The notes: a model not told the origin generated them from the sequence alone. DNA of 32,553 nucleotides from an uncultured Propionibacteriaceae bacterium (GCA_945875065.1 CAMCJC010000001.1:1-32553), one strand, 5' to 3'; counted from the stretch's first letter, positions 1 to 9,662 are shown. Numbers and translations: made by a program.

Positions 1-78
1 CTCATCGGCGAAAGTTGTAGATGCGGGCAGGATGAGGGCCAGGGCCCCCACAGCCGCGAGAAGTCTGCTCCGTCGCAT
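1..78 (-). CDS. N-terminus of a secreted protein (partial, runs off window start)
   Basis: Not in ORF track. ATG at 78 with GGAAAGG RBS 5 nt upstream. Reads MRRSRLLAAVGALALILPASTTFA-DE: basic n-region, hydrophobic h-region and a TFA signal peptidase I-like site. Confidence 0.75.
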   Translation of the reverse strand, partial: MRRSRLLAAVGALALILPASTTFADE

Positions 79-403
79 AGCTGCCTTTCCAGTCAGAGGT
101 GGCGCCACGAAGGAGCCACGCCGCAGCCCACGCCGGAACACGGGCTGTCGGCCAAGAGGTTTGGGAAGAGTCCGGGAACGGGGTCAACTTACCAAGCTTC
201 TAACGGCAGGCGGAAGCATCGAAACCAATAACTACCCGAAAGGACTACAAGAAATCAGAGAATAGCGGTTTTCCGGCCTCCAGATGCCTCGCGGCAGGAC
301 AAGGACTCTTACTCGCCGAAAGTATCCAAGGGGTAGGAGCGACGGCCTAACCAATGCCAATCCGCGAAAGAATATAGAGACCTTAACCGCTCTCTCGTCC
401 GCA

Positions 404-453
404 CCTGCCGGCCCCCCGCACCTGGAGCTCGTCCAGGGCGGGCGGCCGGCAGG
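404..453 (-). terminator. GC-rich stem-loop immediately downstream of the PTS operon
   Basis: CCTGCCGGCC...CCTGGA-GCTCG-TCCAGG...GGCCGGCAGG inverted repeat, 5 nt after the stop at 459. No clear U-tract, which is common in actinobacteria. Confidence 0.6.
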
Positions 454-458
454 ATCGA

Positions 459-2291
459 TCACACCGTGGCGAGCTTGCGGCGCATCCCTTCCGCGAACTG
501 CTCGGCATCGAGTCCTGCGATAAGGTGCCAGACGCCATCGCCGGTTCGGACGGCTCCGTGGACGCCGGCAGAGGTCAGGGCGTCGATGTCGACCTTGGAG
601 TCGTCAACTACCTCGACCCGGATGCGGGTGGCCGCGATCGGTTCGACGCTCCGGACGTTCTCGTTGCCGCCAAGCGCGATCAGCCACTGCTTAGCCTGGT
701 TGGTCTCGGCATCGCTGACGACGATGACGCGTGGCTCCGGCTCCTCGACCGGCTCGGCTGCTCGGCGCGCCTGAGCCCGCTGTTCGGGCGTGCGGTAGTC
801 GGAGATGATCACGAGCACCATCGCGACGACGAAGGCCGCTACGACCGACACCGCATAGATCCACATCGGTTTGAACACCGGGATCGTCAGCAGCGAAGTG
901 AACGCGAACGCACCGGTGGTGACGCCACGCACCCCGTCGGCGCCGGTGAAGAACTGGCTGAGCAGGCCGATGGTGATGCCGCCTACGAGACAGCCGACGA
1001 GCATTCGCGGGTAGATGCGCTTGAAACGCAGGTGGATACCGTAGAGGCTCGGCTCGGCAATGCCGCCGAACAGACCCGCCGCGAGTGCGCCCGTGGCGGT
1101 CTGCCGCATCGTGATGTCCTTGTCTCTGGTCGCGATGAACAAGACGCCGGCCGTGGCACCGAAACATGCGAAGTTCCACGTGCCCATCGGGCCCTGGATG
1201 AAGTCGTAGCCGAGGTTGTCGATGTTCAGCAGCATCAGCGCGTTTAGCGGCCAGTGCAGGCCGAGCGGCACGAGGAACGGGTAGACCAGCGGGATGATGA
1301 TCGCGAAGACGATCGGAGCATGGTTGTTCAGCCAAGCCAGACCATCACCGATGCCGTTACCAGCCCAGATGCCGATGGGGCCGAGCAGGAAGGCGGTGAT
1401 CGGGACCATGATGATCATCGAGAAGAACGGGACGAACACCATCTGCACGTTCTCGGGGAAGATGCGTTTGAGGGCGCGGTACACCACGGCCAGCAAGGCG
1501 GCCATCAGCAGAGGCACGAAAACCTGCCCGCCGTAGTCGCTGAGCTGGAGCGGAAGCCCGAAGATATTCACCACACACGATTCCTTGCCGAGTGTCGCGT
1601 TGGTGGTGCAGACGGTCTCGGTGTAACGCAGGGCCTCGGCGAACAGCCCTGAGCCTCCTGCCGTCTCCGTGTAGACCTTCGAGCCCAGCTGGATGAAGTC
1701 TGGCGTCAGCAGCGAACCCATGATGACGGCGCCGAGCCACGGATCGACGTCGAGCTTCTTCGACGCGTTGTATGCGACCGCGATGGGCAGGAAGTAGAAC
1801 ACTCCGCGCCACATCGCATCAAGGAACACCCACGGAGCGGCCTTGGCATCGGACTGGAAGTCGAAGATGCCGAACGCATCGAGGATCGCGGCCGTAGCCA
1901 AGATCAAAGATGCGCCGAGCAGGACTCCGAGGAGCGGCCGGAAGCTGTCGGACAGGTACTCGAAGAACGAATCGAGCCAGGCGAACTTGCCTCGGCCCTT
2001 GGCTCGGGCGGCGGCCTTGACTTCGGCGTCAGTCATCGGTTGTCGAGAGGACATCTCCGGCAGGGCGTTGATCTCCTGGAAAACGGTAGCGACGGCACCG
2101 CCGATGATGACCTGGAAACGGTCGCCAGACTGCGGCACCGCCCCCATGACACCGGTGATGGCCTCGACCTGCGTCTGGTCGATGCCGCTCGCGTCGAACA
2201 GTTCGAACCGCAGGCGCGTGGCGCAGTGCGTCAGGGACTTGATGTTGGGGGCGCCGCCTACCGCGGCGACGATCTCGGATGCAGTACTCAT
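459..2291 (-). CDS. ptsG: PTS glucose-family permease EIIBC (Corynebacterium PtsG-like) with extra C-terminal degenerate EIIB domain
   Basis: N-terminal EIIB with HCATRLRF phospho-Cys motif. EIIC with YPFLVPLGLHWPLN, GYDFIQGPMG.WNFACFG and GGI.EPSLYG, closely matching C. glutamicum PtsG as recalled. C-terminal ALGG.ENVRSVEPIAATRIRV is an EIIB-like domain. Confidence 0.85.
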   Translation of the reverse strand: MSTASEIVAAVGGAPNIKSLTHCATRLRFELFDASGIDQTQVEAITGVMGAVPQSGDRFQVIIGGAVATVFQEINALPEMSSRQPMTDAEVKAAARAKGRGKFAWLDSFFEYLSDSFRPLLGVLLGASLILATAAILDAFGIFDFQSDAKAAPWVFLDAMWRGVFYFLPIAVAYNASKKLDVDPWLGAVIMGSLLTPDFIQLGSKVYTETAGGSGLFAEALRYTETVCTTNATLGKESCVVNIFGLPLQLSDYGGQVFVPLLMAALLAVVYRALKRIFPENVQMVFVPFFSMIIMVPITAFLLGPIGIWAGNGIGDGLAWLNNHAPIVFAIIIPLVYPFLVPLGLHWPLNALMLLNIDNLGYDFIQGPMGTWNFACFGATAGVLFIATRDKDITMRQTATGALAAGLFGGIAEPSLYGIHLRFKRIYPRMLVGCLVGGITIGLLSQFFTGADGVRGVTTGAFAFTSLLTIPVFKPMWIYAVSVVAAFVVAMVLVIISDYRTPEQRAQARRAAEPVEEPEPRVIVVSDAETNQAKQWLIALGGNENVRSVEPIAATRIRVEVVDDSKVDIDALTSAGVHGAVRTGDGVWHLIAGLDAEQFAEGMRRKLATV

Positions 2292-2301
2292 CAGGCTTAC
2301 C

Positions 2302-4896
2302 TCAGCTCTCGTCGACGGGGACTAGCGCGCGCACCTCAGCCGGTGTGCCGCAGGCGATGGCCTTGGCGGCCAGTTCCTTCGCGGTGGCGAGATCGCACGC
2401 ACGAACGGCGGCCTTCACCGAGGGGATCGCGGGAATCGAGCAGCTCAGCTCGTCGACCCCCAGGCCGACGAGGATCGGCACGGCCTGCGGGTCGGAAGCG
2501 ACACCGCCGCACACCCCGAGCCACTTACCGTGGGCGTGGAGCGCCTCGGCCGCCTGTCCGATGAGGGTGAGAACGGCGGGGTTACACGGGTCTACTTGGG
2601 AGGCGAGCTTGGGGTGACCCCGATCCATCGCGAGGGCATAGCTGGTCAGGTCATTAGTGCCGACGCTGAAGAAGTCGCAGCCTTCCTCAGCGGCGAACTG
2701 CTTCGCCATGACCGCCACGGACGGCACCTCCATCATGATGCCGACGCTGACCTCGCCGAGGTTGGGGGCCTTAGCCCGCTCCTCGTCGAAGATCGCCTTG
2801 GAGCGCCGCCAGTCGTCGATCGTCGCGATCATCGGGAACATCACGTGCAGTTTGGCGCCGGCACCCGCGGCTGCGAGGATAGCCCGGATCTGAGTGCGCA
2901 ACACCTCCGGCTGCTCCAGGCCGACGCGCACGCCGCGAACTCCGAGGAACGGGTTCTCCTCGGCGGGGATCGGCAGGTAAGCCAAAGGCTTGTCGCCGCC
3001 GACGTCCAGGGTGCGAATCACGAGCGGCTGGCCGGGCTTCAGGGCGCGGGCGCAATCGGTGTAGACCTGCTGCTGCTCTGCTTCAGTGGGAGCGGATTGG
3101 CGTCCCATGAACACGAACTCGGAGCGCAGCAGGCCGACGCCCTCAGCGCCCTTATCCATAGAAGCGACCGCGTCGTCGACGCCGCCGATATTGGCGACGA
3201 CTTGGATGCTATGGCCGTCGCGGGTGATGGCGGGATCGTCCTTGGCGGCCTCCTCAATCGCCTTCCGCTCTGCCAATCGAGCCTGCCGAGCGCGCAACTC
3301 GTCCACCTCCGCGTCGGTCAACCCGGTGCGCAACGTGCCCTTGGAGCCGTCAAGGACGACCAAGTCTCCGTCGGCGAGCTCCAGGGCGCGGCTCTCGATG
3401 CCAGCCACGGCGGGGATGTCGAGCGAGCGGGCAATGATCGCGACATGGCTGGAGGCGCCGCCGCCGGTGGTGGCGAACCCGACGACGCGGGAGCGGTCGA
3501 GCTGGGCGGTATCGGATGGGGTCAGATCCTCCGCGATGAGGATGGTGTTCTCCGGCAACTCCTGGCGTTCGGTCCGCTGGCCGGTGAGTTCCTCCAGGAC
3601 GCGCTGTCCGACGTCGCGGACATCACCGGCACGGCCGGCGAGGATCTCGTTCTTCAGCCCGGCGAGCTGGTCGGCGAACGCGTTGAACGCACCCCGCCAC
3701 GCGAACGGGGCCGACTTGCCCTTGTCGATGGCGGATGCGGCCAAGTCGAGGAGCTCCGGGTCTCCGAGGATCTCCTGGTGCGCGGCGAAGATCGCCGCCT
3801 TGTCCTCCGACGATTCTTCGGCTAGGCGCTTCTCCAGCGCGGACAGGTCGAGCAGGGCACGGTCGATGGCGGCGTTTAGCTTGCGGCGCTCCTTGTGGTG
3901 GTCGTCCGCGAACTCTTCGACCTGAATGTCGTGGCGGCGGTGCTGAACGACGCGGCCAATGCCAAGACCGGGAGAGGCGGAGGCGCCAAGCAGCAGGTTC
4001 GGATCTCCTGACTTCGGCGCGGCTCGCTCGGGAGCGGGCTCGGCGATTGGCTCAGTGATGGCAGGCATGGCGGTGGTGTCGTCGGTGCCGATCACCCCGC
4101 CAGAGGGCAAGAGCGGGCACTCCTCGCCGAGGCCGTCCTGGATGGCCTGCGAGAGCTCCGCAACCGCCTCGCGGGCATCGGGCCCGTGAGCGGTGACCAC
4201 AACCTTCTCCCCGCATGGGATGGCAAGGGCCATGATCGCGACGATCGACTTAGCGTTGGCAGCCTTCTCGCCCCGACGCAGCTTGATGTCAGAGTGGTAT
4301 TTTTTGGCCAGGCCCGCGAGAGTGGCCGCAGGTCGAGCGTGCAGGCCGGTGGGGTTAGGGACGATGAGGGCGTCTGAGGTCGCTTGCGCTCCGGCGGCCG
4401 TTGGCGCATCGCCTTCGGGGGCGGCGGCAAGCTCAATCGTGGCGGCCTCGCTCTGTCCTGCAGTGACCAGGCCGGTGGCCGGGGTGATCTGAGAGACCAA
4501 CTCGCCGTTGGCCACGACGACCTGCGTCAGCAGCGACTTCGCGGCGCGACCGACGACGTCCATGTCAAACTCGATGAGCTTGTGCCCAACTTCGACGCGG
4601 TCACCGGCGGCGACCAGCGCGGTAAAGCCCTCACCACCAAGCTGCACGGTGTCGAGTCCGATGTGCATCAGGATCTCCACCCCTTCGGCGCTTCGCACCG
4701 TCAGCGCGTGCCGGGACGGCTGAACGTTTACTACCTCCCCGGCGATCGGGGACACGAGCTGTCCTTCAAAGGGGTCTATCGAGAAACCGTCGCCCACCAT
4801 CTTGCGGGCGAAGACCGGGTCAGGCACGTCCTCTAGACGAACCATGATCCCAGTCATGGGGGCCATCAGAACGACCCGTGCTGCGTCTGCACTCAC
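2302..4896 (-). CDS. ptsP: Multiphosphoryl transfer protein: EIIA(Glc)-HPr-Enzyme I fusion
   Basis: EIIA (VPDPVFA, MHIGLDTV), HPr (GLHARPA) and EI (SSHVAIIARS, GLLRSEF, RTLDVGGDK, FSVGTNDL, GVCGG). Start moved from 4959 to GTG 4896, which follows a GGAAAGGAAG RBS. Confidence 0.93.
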   Translation of the reverse strand: MSADAARVVLMAPMTGIMVRLEDVPDPVFARKMVGDGFSIDPFEGQLVSPIAGEVVNVQPSRHALTVRSAEGVEILMHIGLDTVQLGGEGFTALVAAGDRVEVGHKLIEFDMDVVGRAAKSLLTQVVVANGELVSQITPATGLVTAGQSEAATIELAAAPEGDAPTAAGAQATSDALIVPNPTGLHARPAATLAGLAKKYHSDIKLRRGEKAANAKSIVAIMALAIPCGEKVVVTAHGPDAREAVAELSQAIQDGLGEECPLLPSGGVIGTDDTTAMPAITEPIAEPAPERAAPKSGDPNLLLGASASPGLGIGRVVQHRRHDIQVEEFADDHHKERRKLNAAIDRALLDLSALEKRLAEESSEDKAAIFAAHQEILGDPELLDLAASAIDKGKSAPFAWRGAFNAFADQLAGLKNEILAGRAGDVRDVGQRVLEELTGQRTERQELPENTILIAEDLTPSDTAQLDRSRVVGFATTGGGASSHVAIIARSLDIPAVAGIESRALELADGDLVVLDGSKGTLRTGLTDAEVDELRARQARLAERKAIEEAAKDDPAITRDGHSIQVVANIGGVDDAVASMDKGAEGVGLLRSEFVFMGRQSAPTEAEQQQVYTDCARALKPGQPLVIRTLDVGGDKPLAYLPIPAEENPFLGVRGVRVGLEQPEVLRTQIRAILAAAGAGAKLHVMFPMIATIDDWRRSKAIFDEERAKAPNLGEVSVGIMMEVPSVAVMAKQFAAEEGCDFFSVGTNDLTSYALAMDRGHPKLASQVDPCNPAVLTLIGQAAEALHAHGKWLGVCGGVASDPQAVPILVGLGVDELSCSIPAIPSVKAAVRACDLATAKELAAKAIACGTPAEVRALVPVDES

Positions 4897-5102
4897 GGCG
4901 CACTTCCTTTCCGAGGTGTCGCGCCCTTCCACAGGAGAACGACGCTGTTCGCTCCTCACGAGTGACGCCAGCCTAACCGCTGGCTCCGATAAAGGGAACT
5001 ACCTTTCGGGTTCCGTCAGCCTTTTGGCCAGCCTCAATCGAACCCGTCTCGAGGCTCCTTGAGGAGTCCTAACGTTCAACCACTCGACTCAAGGAGACGA
5101 CG

Positions 5103-5699
5103 ATGTCTCGGACAACAAAACCTGACGGGGTCAAAGGCAGAACCCGTCGCAGCCCGCGCCTGGTGATGCTGGGTGCGCTTCTCGTGGCGCTCGGCGGCCT
5201 GGGTGCCGCGAGCCTCTACACGGCAGTCAGCCAGGAACGGCCGGCAGTAGCGATGGCAAGGGATGTGATGCGCGGACAATCGATCGCGCTAGAGGATCTG
5301 AAGGTCGCGAACGCCCCACCCGGCCTGGTCAAGTACTACCCGGCAGACCACCTCGACTCGCTGGTCGGCAAGCGCGCGGCCTTCGACCTGCCCCAGGATG
5401 CGTTCGTCGCCGAGCGCCTGCTCGGGTCCCTCGACCTGCCGGAAGGAAACGTCACCATCGGGTTGAAGCTGGCGCACGGTCGAATGCCAACAGCTCAGTT
5501 GCAGCCTGGGCAGCAAGTCGGGATCGTAGACGTTTCCGGCGGCTCGGTGCTCACGTCGGGCATCGTCGTGACGGCTCCCATAGAACTCGACGACCGCGTT
5601 TCCCGCACGCTCGACGTGAGCGTCACCCAGGGCATGGCGGCACAGGTATCGACGCTGGCCGCGACCGACCAGATCGCGCTGTTCGCGACGGCCGGCTGA
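5103..5699 (+). CDS. SAF-domain protein, Tad/Flp assembly (CpaB/RcpC-like)
   Basis: N-terminal TM, then SAF-like AVAMARDV.RGQ.I..EDL...V.....LVGKRAAFDL and a C-terminal beta domain. AAGGAG RBS. First gene of the tad cluster. Confidence 0.75.
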   Translation: MSRTTKPDGVKGRTRRSPRLVMLGALLVALGGLGAASLYTAVSQERPAVAMARDVMRGQSIALEDLKVANAPPGLVKYYPADHLDSLVGKRAAFDLPQDAFVAERLLGSLDLPEGNVTIGLKLAHGRMPTAQLQPGQQVGIVDVSGGSVLTSGIVVTAPIELDDRVSRTLDVSVTQGMAAQVSTLAATDQIALFATAG

Positions 5700-6478
5700 T
5701 GGGCGTGGTGCTCGTAACCGGCGGTCCAGGGTCGCCGGGGATCACGACTACCGCCCTGGGGTTGTGCCTGGCTTGGCCTGGGCCTGGGATGCTTGTCGAC
5801 TGTGACCGAGACCCGAGCCAGGCGATCCCAGCCGGCTACCTGCGGGGCGTATCCCTCGGCGGTACTGGACTACCGGCGGTCGCATTGGCCCATAGGCAGC
5901 AATCGGAGTTGGGGCCGCTGCTAAGGGGTCTGGCCCTTGAACTGGACGAGGACAGGCAGTTTCTCCCGGGATTCAGCCGTCCCGAGGCCGTAGCAGGTTT
6001 CGAGTCGGCCTGGCTGGACCTGGCCCGGGGCCTGGAGTGGTTGACGGCGCGCGGCGCCATTGTCGTCATCGATGCCGGACGCGTCGGGGCCGCTGGGCCA
6101 CCTGATCCCCTGGTTGGCGTCGCCTCGGCCGTGGTGTTCGTCGTTAGAAGCTCCCTCCGGTCGCTGGCTGCCGCGAGACTGTACCTGCCGCTGGTACAGG
6201 ATGCGCTGGAGCGACACCCGGCCGCGAAGCTGTGGCTGGCTCTCGTCGGGCCGGGCCGACCGTACGTAGCACACGAAGTCGAGACCGAGTTTCAGCTGCC
6301 CGTGCTGACACTGCCATGGCAGCCGAAGCAAGCGGCCGTCCTCAGCGACGGCGACCCGGTGCCACGAAGCTTTAGACGGCAGGCTCTCATGCGGGCGATG
6401 GCGGCCTTAGGGAGCCGCCTGAGGAACGGAGTCAACTCCATGGCACCAAGTGAGGAAGACGATGTCCAGCATCACTGA
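5699..6478 (+). CDS. MinD/ParA-like Tad accessory protein (CpaE/TadZ-like)
   Basis: Deviant P-loop GGPGSPGITTTA, LVDCD and VVIDAGR motifs. TGATG coupling with the upstream gene. Directly upstream of cpaF. Confidence 0.72.
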   Translation: MGVVLVTGGPGSPGITTTALGLCLAWPGPGMLVDCDRDPSQAIPAGYLRGVSLGGTGLPAVALAHRQQSELGPLLRGLALELDEDRQFLPGFSRPEAVAGFESAWLDLARGLEWLTARGAIVVIDAGRVGAAGPPDPLVGVASAVVFVVRSSLRSLAAARLYLPLVQDALERHPAAKLWLALVGPGRPYVAHEVETEFQLPVLTLPWQPKQAAVLSDGDPVPRSFRRQALMRAMAALGSRLRNGVNSMAPSEEDDVQHH

Positions 6479-7883
6479 CCTACCCAAGTTGTCCGGGGCC
6501 TTCGCGAACCTGACCGACCGGTCGTGGAACCCGGCTGCGGCTAGTCAAGCCACTCCCGAACTCCCCACCAGCTCAGTCGCTGAACCAGACTGGAAACTGG
6601 TGGTCGCGCTGCGCCGTGAGGCCGTAGAGCAGATCACCGCGGTGCAAGAGGAGTGGCTACGGTCCAACGGCACGACAATGCCCGAGGCGGACCGGCGTAT
6701 GCGCGGACGCTCGATCATCAGGCGGGTCGTCAGGCAGCACGTCGAGCGGCTAGGGACCCAAGGGGCAGCCCTGTGGTCGATGGAGTTGGAGAACCGCTAC
6801 GCGGAGACCGTGGCCAACGCGATCTTCGGGTTCGGCCGGCTAGCCCCGGTGATGTCGATCCCCGAGGCGGAGAACATCGAGATCAGTGGCTGCGACAACG
6901 TGCTGGTGCAGTACCGCGACGGTCGGCGCGAGTCACACCCTCCCGTCACAGATTCGGACGAGGAACTCATCGAAGCGATTCGTTTCCTCGGCGAGTCGAC
7001 CAGCCCGCCGCGACCATTCGACGACGCCCACCCCACGATGACGCTGGCGATCGGCGACCGCTTTCGCCTGCACGCCATCGGGTTCGGTCTCAGCTACCGG
7101 CCGAGCGTCGTCATCCGCCAGCACACCTTCACCGCGGTCGATCTGCGGGAGCTATCCAAGCTGGGCATGCTGCCGCAGGAGGTGTCCAGGTTTCTCGCAC
7201 AGGCGGTGCTGGCACGTAAGTCGATCGTAATCTCGGGTGATCAGGGAGCGGGAAAGACGACGCTGCTGCGCGCCTTAATCGCGGAGATCCCTCTTAGCGA
7301 ACGGTTCGGCACCCTCGAGACCGACTTCGAACTGCTCACACACCTGCTGCCAGGGCGTGGCAATGTACTCGCCCTCCAGGCCCGCTCAGGGATGGGCGAA
7401 CAGATCGGAGGAGGTCGTGTCGGGAACTGGACCGTGGCGGATCTGATCCCCGAGGCCCTCAGACAAAACCTGTCGCGACTGATCGTTGGCGAGGTTCGAG
7501 GTGCCGAGGCGGGCACGATGTTTGAGGCGATGCAAGCCGGAGCCGGAACTTTATCTACGACCCATTCGCACTCGGCCGCCTCGACGATCGACCGGCTCGC
7601 GGCGAGGGTCGCGCAAGGCGGGGTGCTGGGGGTGGCCGAGGCGATGCGGCAGATCGCCCTGCACATCGACCTGATCGTCCACGTGCGATTGGAAGACGAC
7701 ACTTGGCGGGGCGGGGTTCGTCGCCGATTCGTGAGCGAGATCCACCAGTTGAGCGGATCGTTCGAGGCGGGTAGACCCAGCACTCATGTCGTGTACGACG
7801 CAGGCCCCCCGGCGATGTTTCGGCCAGAGGGTCGATTCGCAGCCGAACTCGAGAAGTTCGGGAGGCCGTCGTGGGAGCGTTGA
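6462..7883 (+). CDS. cpaF: Flp pilus assembly ATPase CpaF/TadA
   Basis: Walker A GDQGAGKT, Asp box TLETDFEL, Walker B LIVGEVRG, His box STTH. ATG 6462 follows GAGGAAG. Confidence 0.9.
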   Translation: MSSITDLPKLSGAFANLTDRSWNPAAASQATPELPTSSVAEPDWKLVVALRREAVEQITAVQEEWLRSNGTTMPEADRRMRGRSIIRRVVRQHVERLGTQGAALWSMELENRYAETVANAIFGFGRLAPVMSIPEAENIEISGCDNVLVQYRDGRRESHPPVTDSDEELIEAIRFLGESTSPPRPFDDAHPTMTLAIGDRFRLHAIGFGLSYRPSVVIRQHTFTAVDLRELSKLGMLPQEVSRFLAQAVLARKSIVISGDQGAGKTTLLRALIAEIPLSERFGTLETDFELLTHLLPGRGNVLALQARSGMGEQIGGGRVGNWTVADLIPEALRQNLSRLIVGEVRGAEAGTMFEAMQAGAGTLSTTHSHSAASTIDRLAARVAQGGVLGVAEAMRQIALHIDLIVHVRLEDDTWRGGVRRRFVSEIHQLSGSFEAGRPSTHVVYDAGPPAMFRPEGRFAAELEKFGRPSWER

Positions 7884-8713
7884 CGGCGGCAGGATGCGGC
7901 GCGCTGCTAGTCGGAGGCGTGCTCATCGTCATCGCCGGGCTGCTTAAAGCGGAGCGCGCCAAGGCTCGAGGCTCTCGCCTGCTGATGCTCTGGGAGTCGT
8001 TGCCGCGACGGTCACGGCTGTGGGTCAATGCGGTGTTGTTGCTGGCCATCGGGAGTGCGGTCGTTACTAGCTGGGCGGTGTTGCTGCCCCTGGTCATCGG
8101 TCTTGGACTTGGCGTTCCATGGGCGCTCAGCACGCCGCCGGAACCGGAGATAGAAGACCTAGCCGCCCTCGACCGTTGGCTGCGGCTGCTCGGACCGTCG
8201 ATCGGCACTGGCAAGTCGATCCGGGACGCGATCCTGGTGACTAGTCGCCATGCGCCGGAGCGGCTGCGAGGGTTCCTCGGGCGCGTCGTGAGTCGCATCG
8301 ACTTGGGCTGGACCACGCGGGACGCGCTGCTCGTCATGGCGGACGAGATGGACTCGCCCGAAGCGGACGGCCCCCTGGCTGCGCTGGCGTTAGCCTCGGC
8401 GCGGGGCGGCGTCGGGTCGCGGGCTCTGCTCACCGCCTTGACCGACCATACGCGGGACCGGCTCCGGGCGACGCGAGAGATCGCCGCCGAACGGTTGAAG
8501 CCGCTGCTGGTGGTGCGGCAGGTGGTCGCGGTAACCCTGGTGATCCTGGCGGGAATGGTGGCGTTCTCCCCTGGATACTTCCGCCCGTTCGGGTCGCCTC
8601 TGGGGCAGCTGCTGGCCGCCGGGCTGGTGCTGCTGTACGTCGGTTCTCTGCTGATGTTGCGCTCCCGGATGCGGGCACGACGGCGGGCGCGGCTGCTAGG
8701 CAGCGCTACATGA
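7871..8713 (+). CDS. tadB: Tad inner-membrane platform protein TadB (T2SS F family)
   Basis: TM-rich, with W.R.L...IG.G.SI..AI helical T2SSF-type segment and YF.PFGSPLGQ.LL C-terminus. Follows cpaF. Confidence 0.8.
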   Translation: MGALTAAGCGALLVGGVLIVIAGLLKAERAKARGSRLLMLWESLPRRSRLWVNAVLLLAIGSAVVTSWAVLLPLVIGLGLGVPWALSTPPEPEIEDLAALDRWLRLLGPSIGTGKSIRDAILVTSRHAPERLRGFLGRVVSRIDLGWTTRDALLVMADEMDSPEADGPLAALALASARGGVGSRALLTALTDHTRDRLRATREIAAERLKPLLVVRQVVAVTLVILAGMVAFSPGYFRPFGSPLGQLLAAGLVLLYVGSLLMLRSRMRARRRARLLGSAT

Positions 8714-9582
8714 ACACCCTGGGACTGGCGATCGGCGCGGGCATGACGACCATGCTCGGCGCGGTTTTGGTGTTGTTCGGGCTTCTTCGTCGACCCATCC
8801 GGCTGGCGGAGGCGCTCGCAGCCCTGGATGGCACTGAGGCCCCGGCTACGCCCGTGCGGGGTTTGGAGGCGATGGGTGCTCGATTCCATGGATTCCTGAA
8901 GCTACCGCTCTCCGAACGGCAGGAGGAACTACTGCGGCGGGCGGGGCGCACGGTCGACGACTTCTTCGCCGAGAAGTTGGTCCTCGCGCTCAGCGGATTG
9001 CTGCTGCCGCTGCTGTGGCTGGCGTGTTGGACGGCGCTCGGACGCACCGCCTCGCCGCTGCCGCTGGTCGCTTCGCCGTTGCTGGCGCTTGGCGGCTATT
9101 TCCTGGCGGATCTGCGTCTCCAACAGCATGCTCAGGAACTCGACCAGGTGACGGCCGAGTCGATTCACACGTTCTTCGACTTGGTGGTACTGGAGCGCCT
9201 CGCCAATGCCTCCGGTGCCCAGGCGATGGCGAATGCTGCCGGCATCGCGTCGTCCCCGTTGTTCCGACGCATCGCCACCGGTCTAGAGCAGGCCAGGCTC
9301 GAGCAGACGTCGCCGTGGCGCGAGCTCCACCGGATCGCGGCGGATTGGAACCTACCGGAGTTGGACGATTTCGTCGACGTGATGCGCCTCGAGGAGCAGG
9401 GGGCAGGCTTAGCGGACACCCTGCTTGCCCGCGTAGCGGAACTGCGCGAGGCGCACACGATCCGGCTGAAGGCCCAGGCGCAGAAGGACGCCGAGAGCCT
9501 CACCATCTGGATGACCATCCCGGCTTTGACGCTAGGACTGGCTTTCATCACCCCACCCTTGCTGGCTCTAATGCTCAGCTGA
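8710..9582 (+). CDS. tadC: Tad inner-membrane platform protein TadC
   Basis: FFDLVVLERLA, PW..L, LPELDDF.DVMRL...GA.LADTL..R..ELR motifs and a terminal TM. ATGA overlap with tadB. Confidence 0.8.
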   Translation: MNTLGLAIGAGMTTMLGAVLVLFGLLRRPIRLAEALAALDGTEAPATPVRGLEAMGARFHGFLKLPLSERQEELLRRAGRTVDDFFAEKLVLALSGLLLPLLWLACWTALGRTASPLPLVASPLLALGGYFLADLRLQQHAQELDQVTAESIHTFFDLVVLERLANASGAQAMANAAGIASSPLFRRIATGLEQARLEQTSPWRELHRIAADWNLPELDDFVDVMRLEEQGAGLADTLLARVAELREAHTIRLKAQAQKDAESLTIWMTIPALTLGLAFITPPLLALMLS

Positions 9583-9662
9583 CAAGGGAAAACAAAAATC
9601 CCCTGTGGAAAAGAATCGGCGACGATCTCAACTGACCATAAGGGCTAATGAAAGGAACTCAC

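Noticed and set aside
2530-3825. 431-aa plus-strand ORF
   Set aside because: Antisense shadow of the EI domain; typical of high-GC DNA, with no recognisable motifs.
7555-8889. 444-aa minus-strand ORF
   Set aside because: Ser/Arg-rich shadow opposite cpaF/tadB/tadC.
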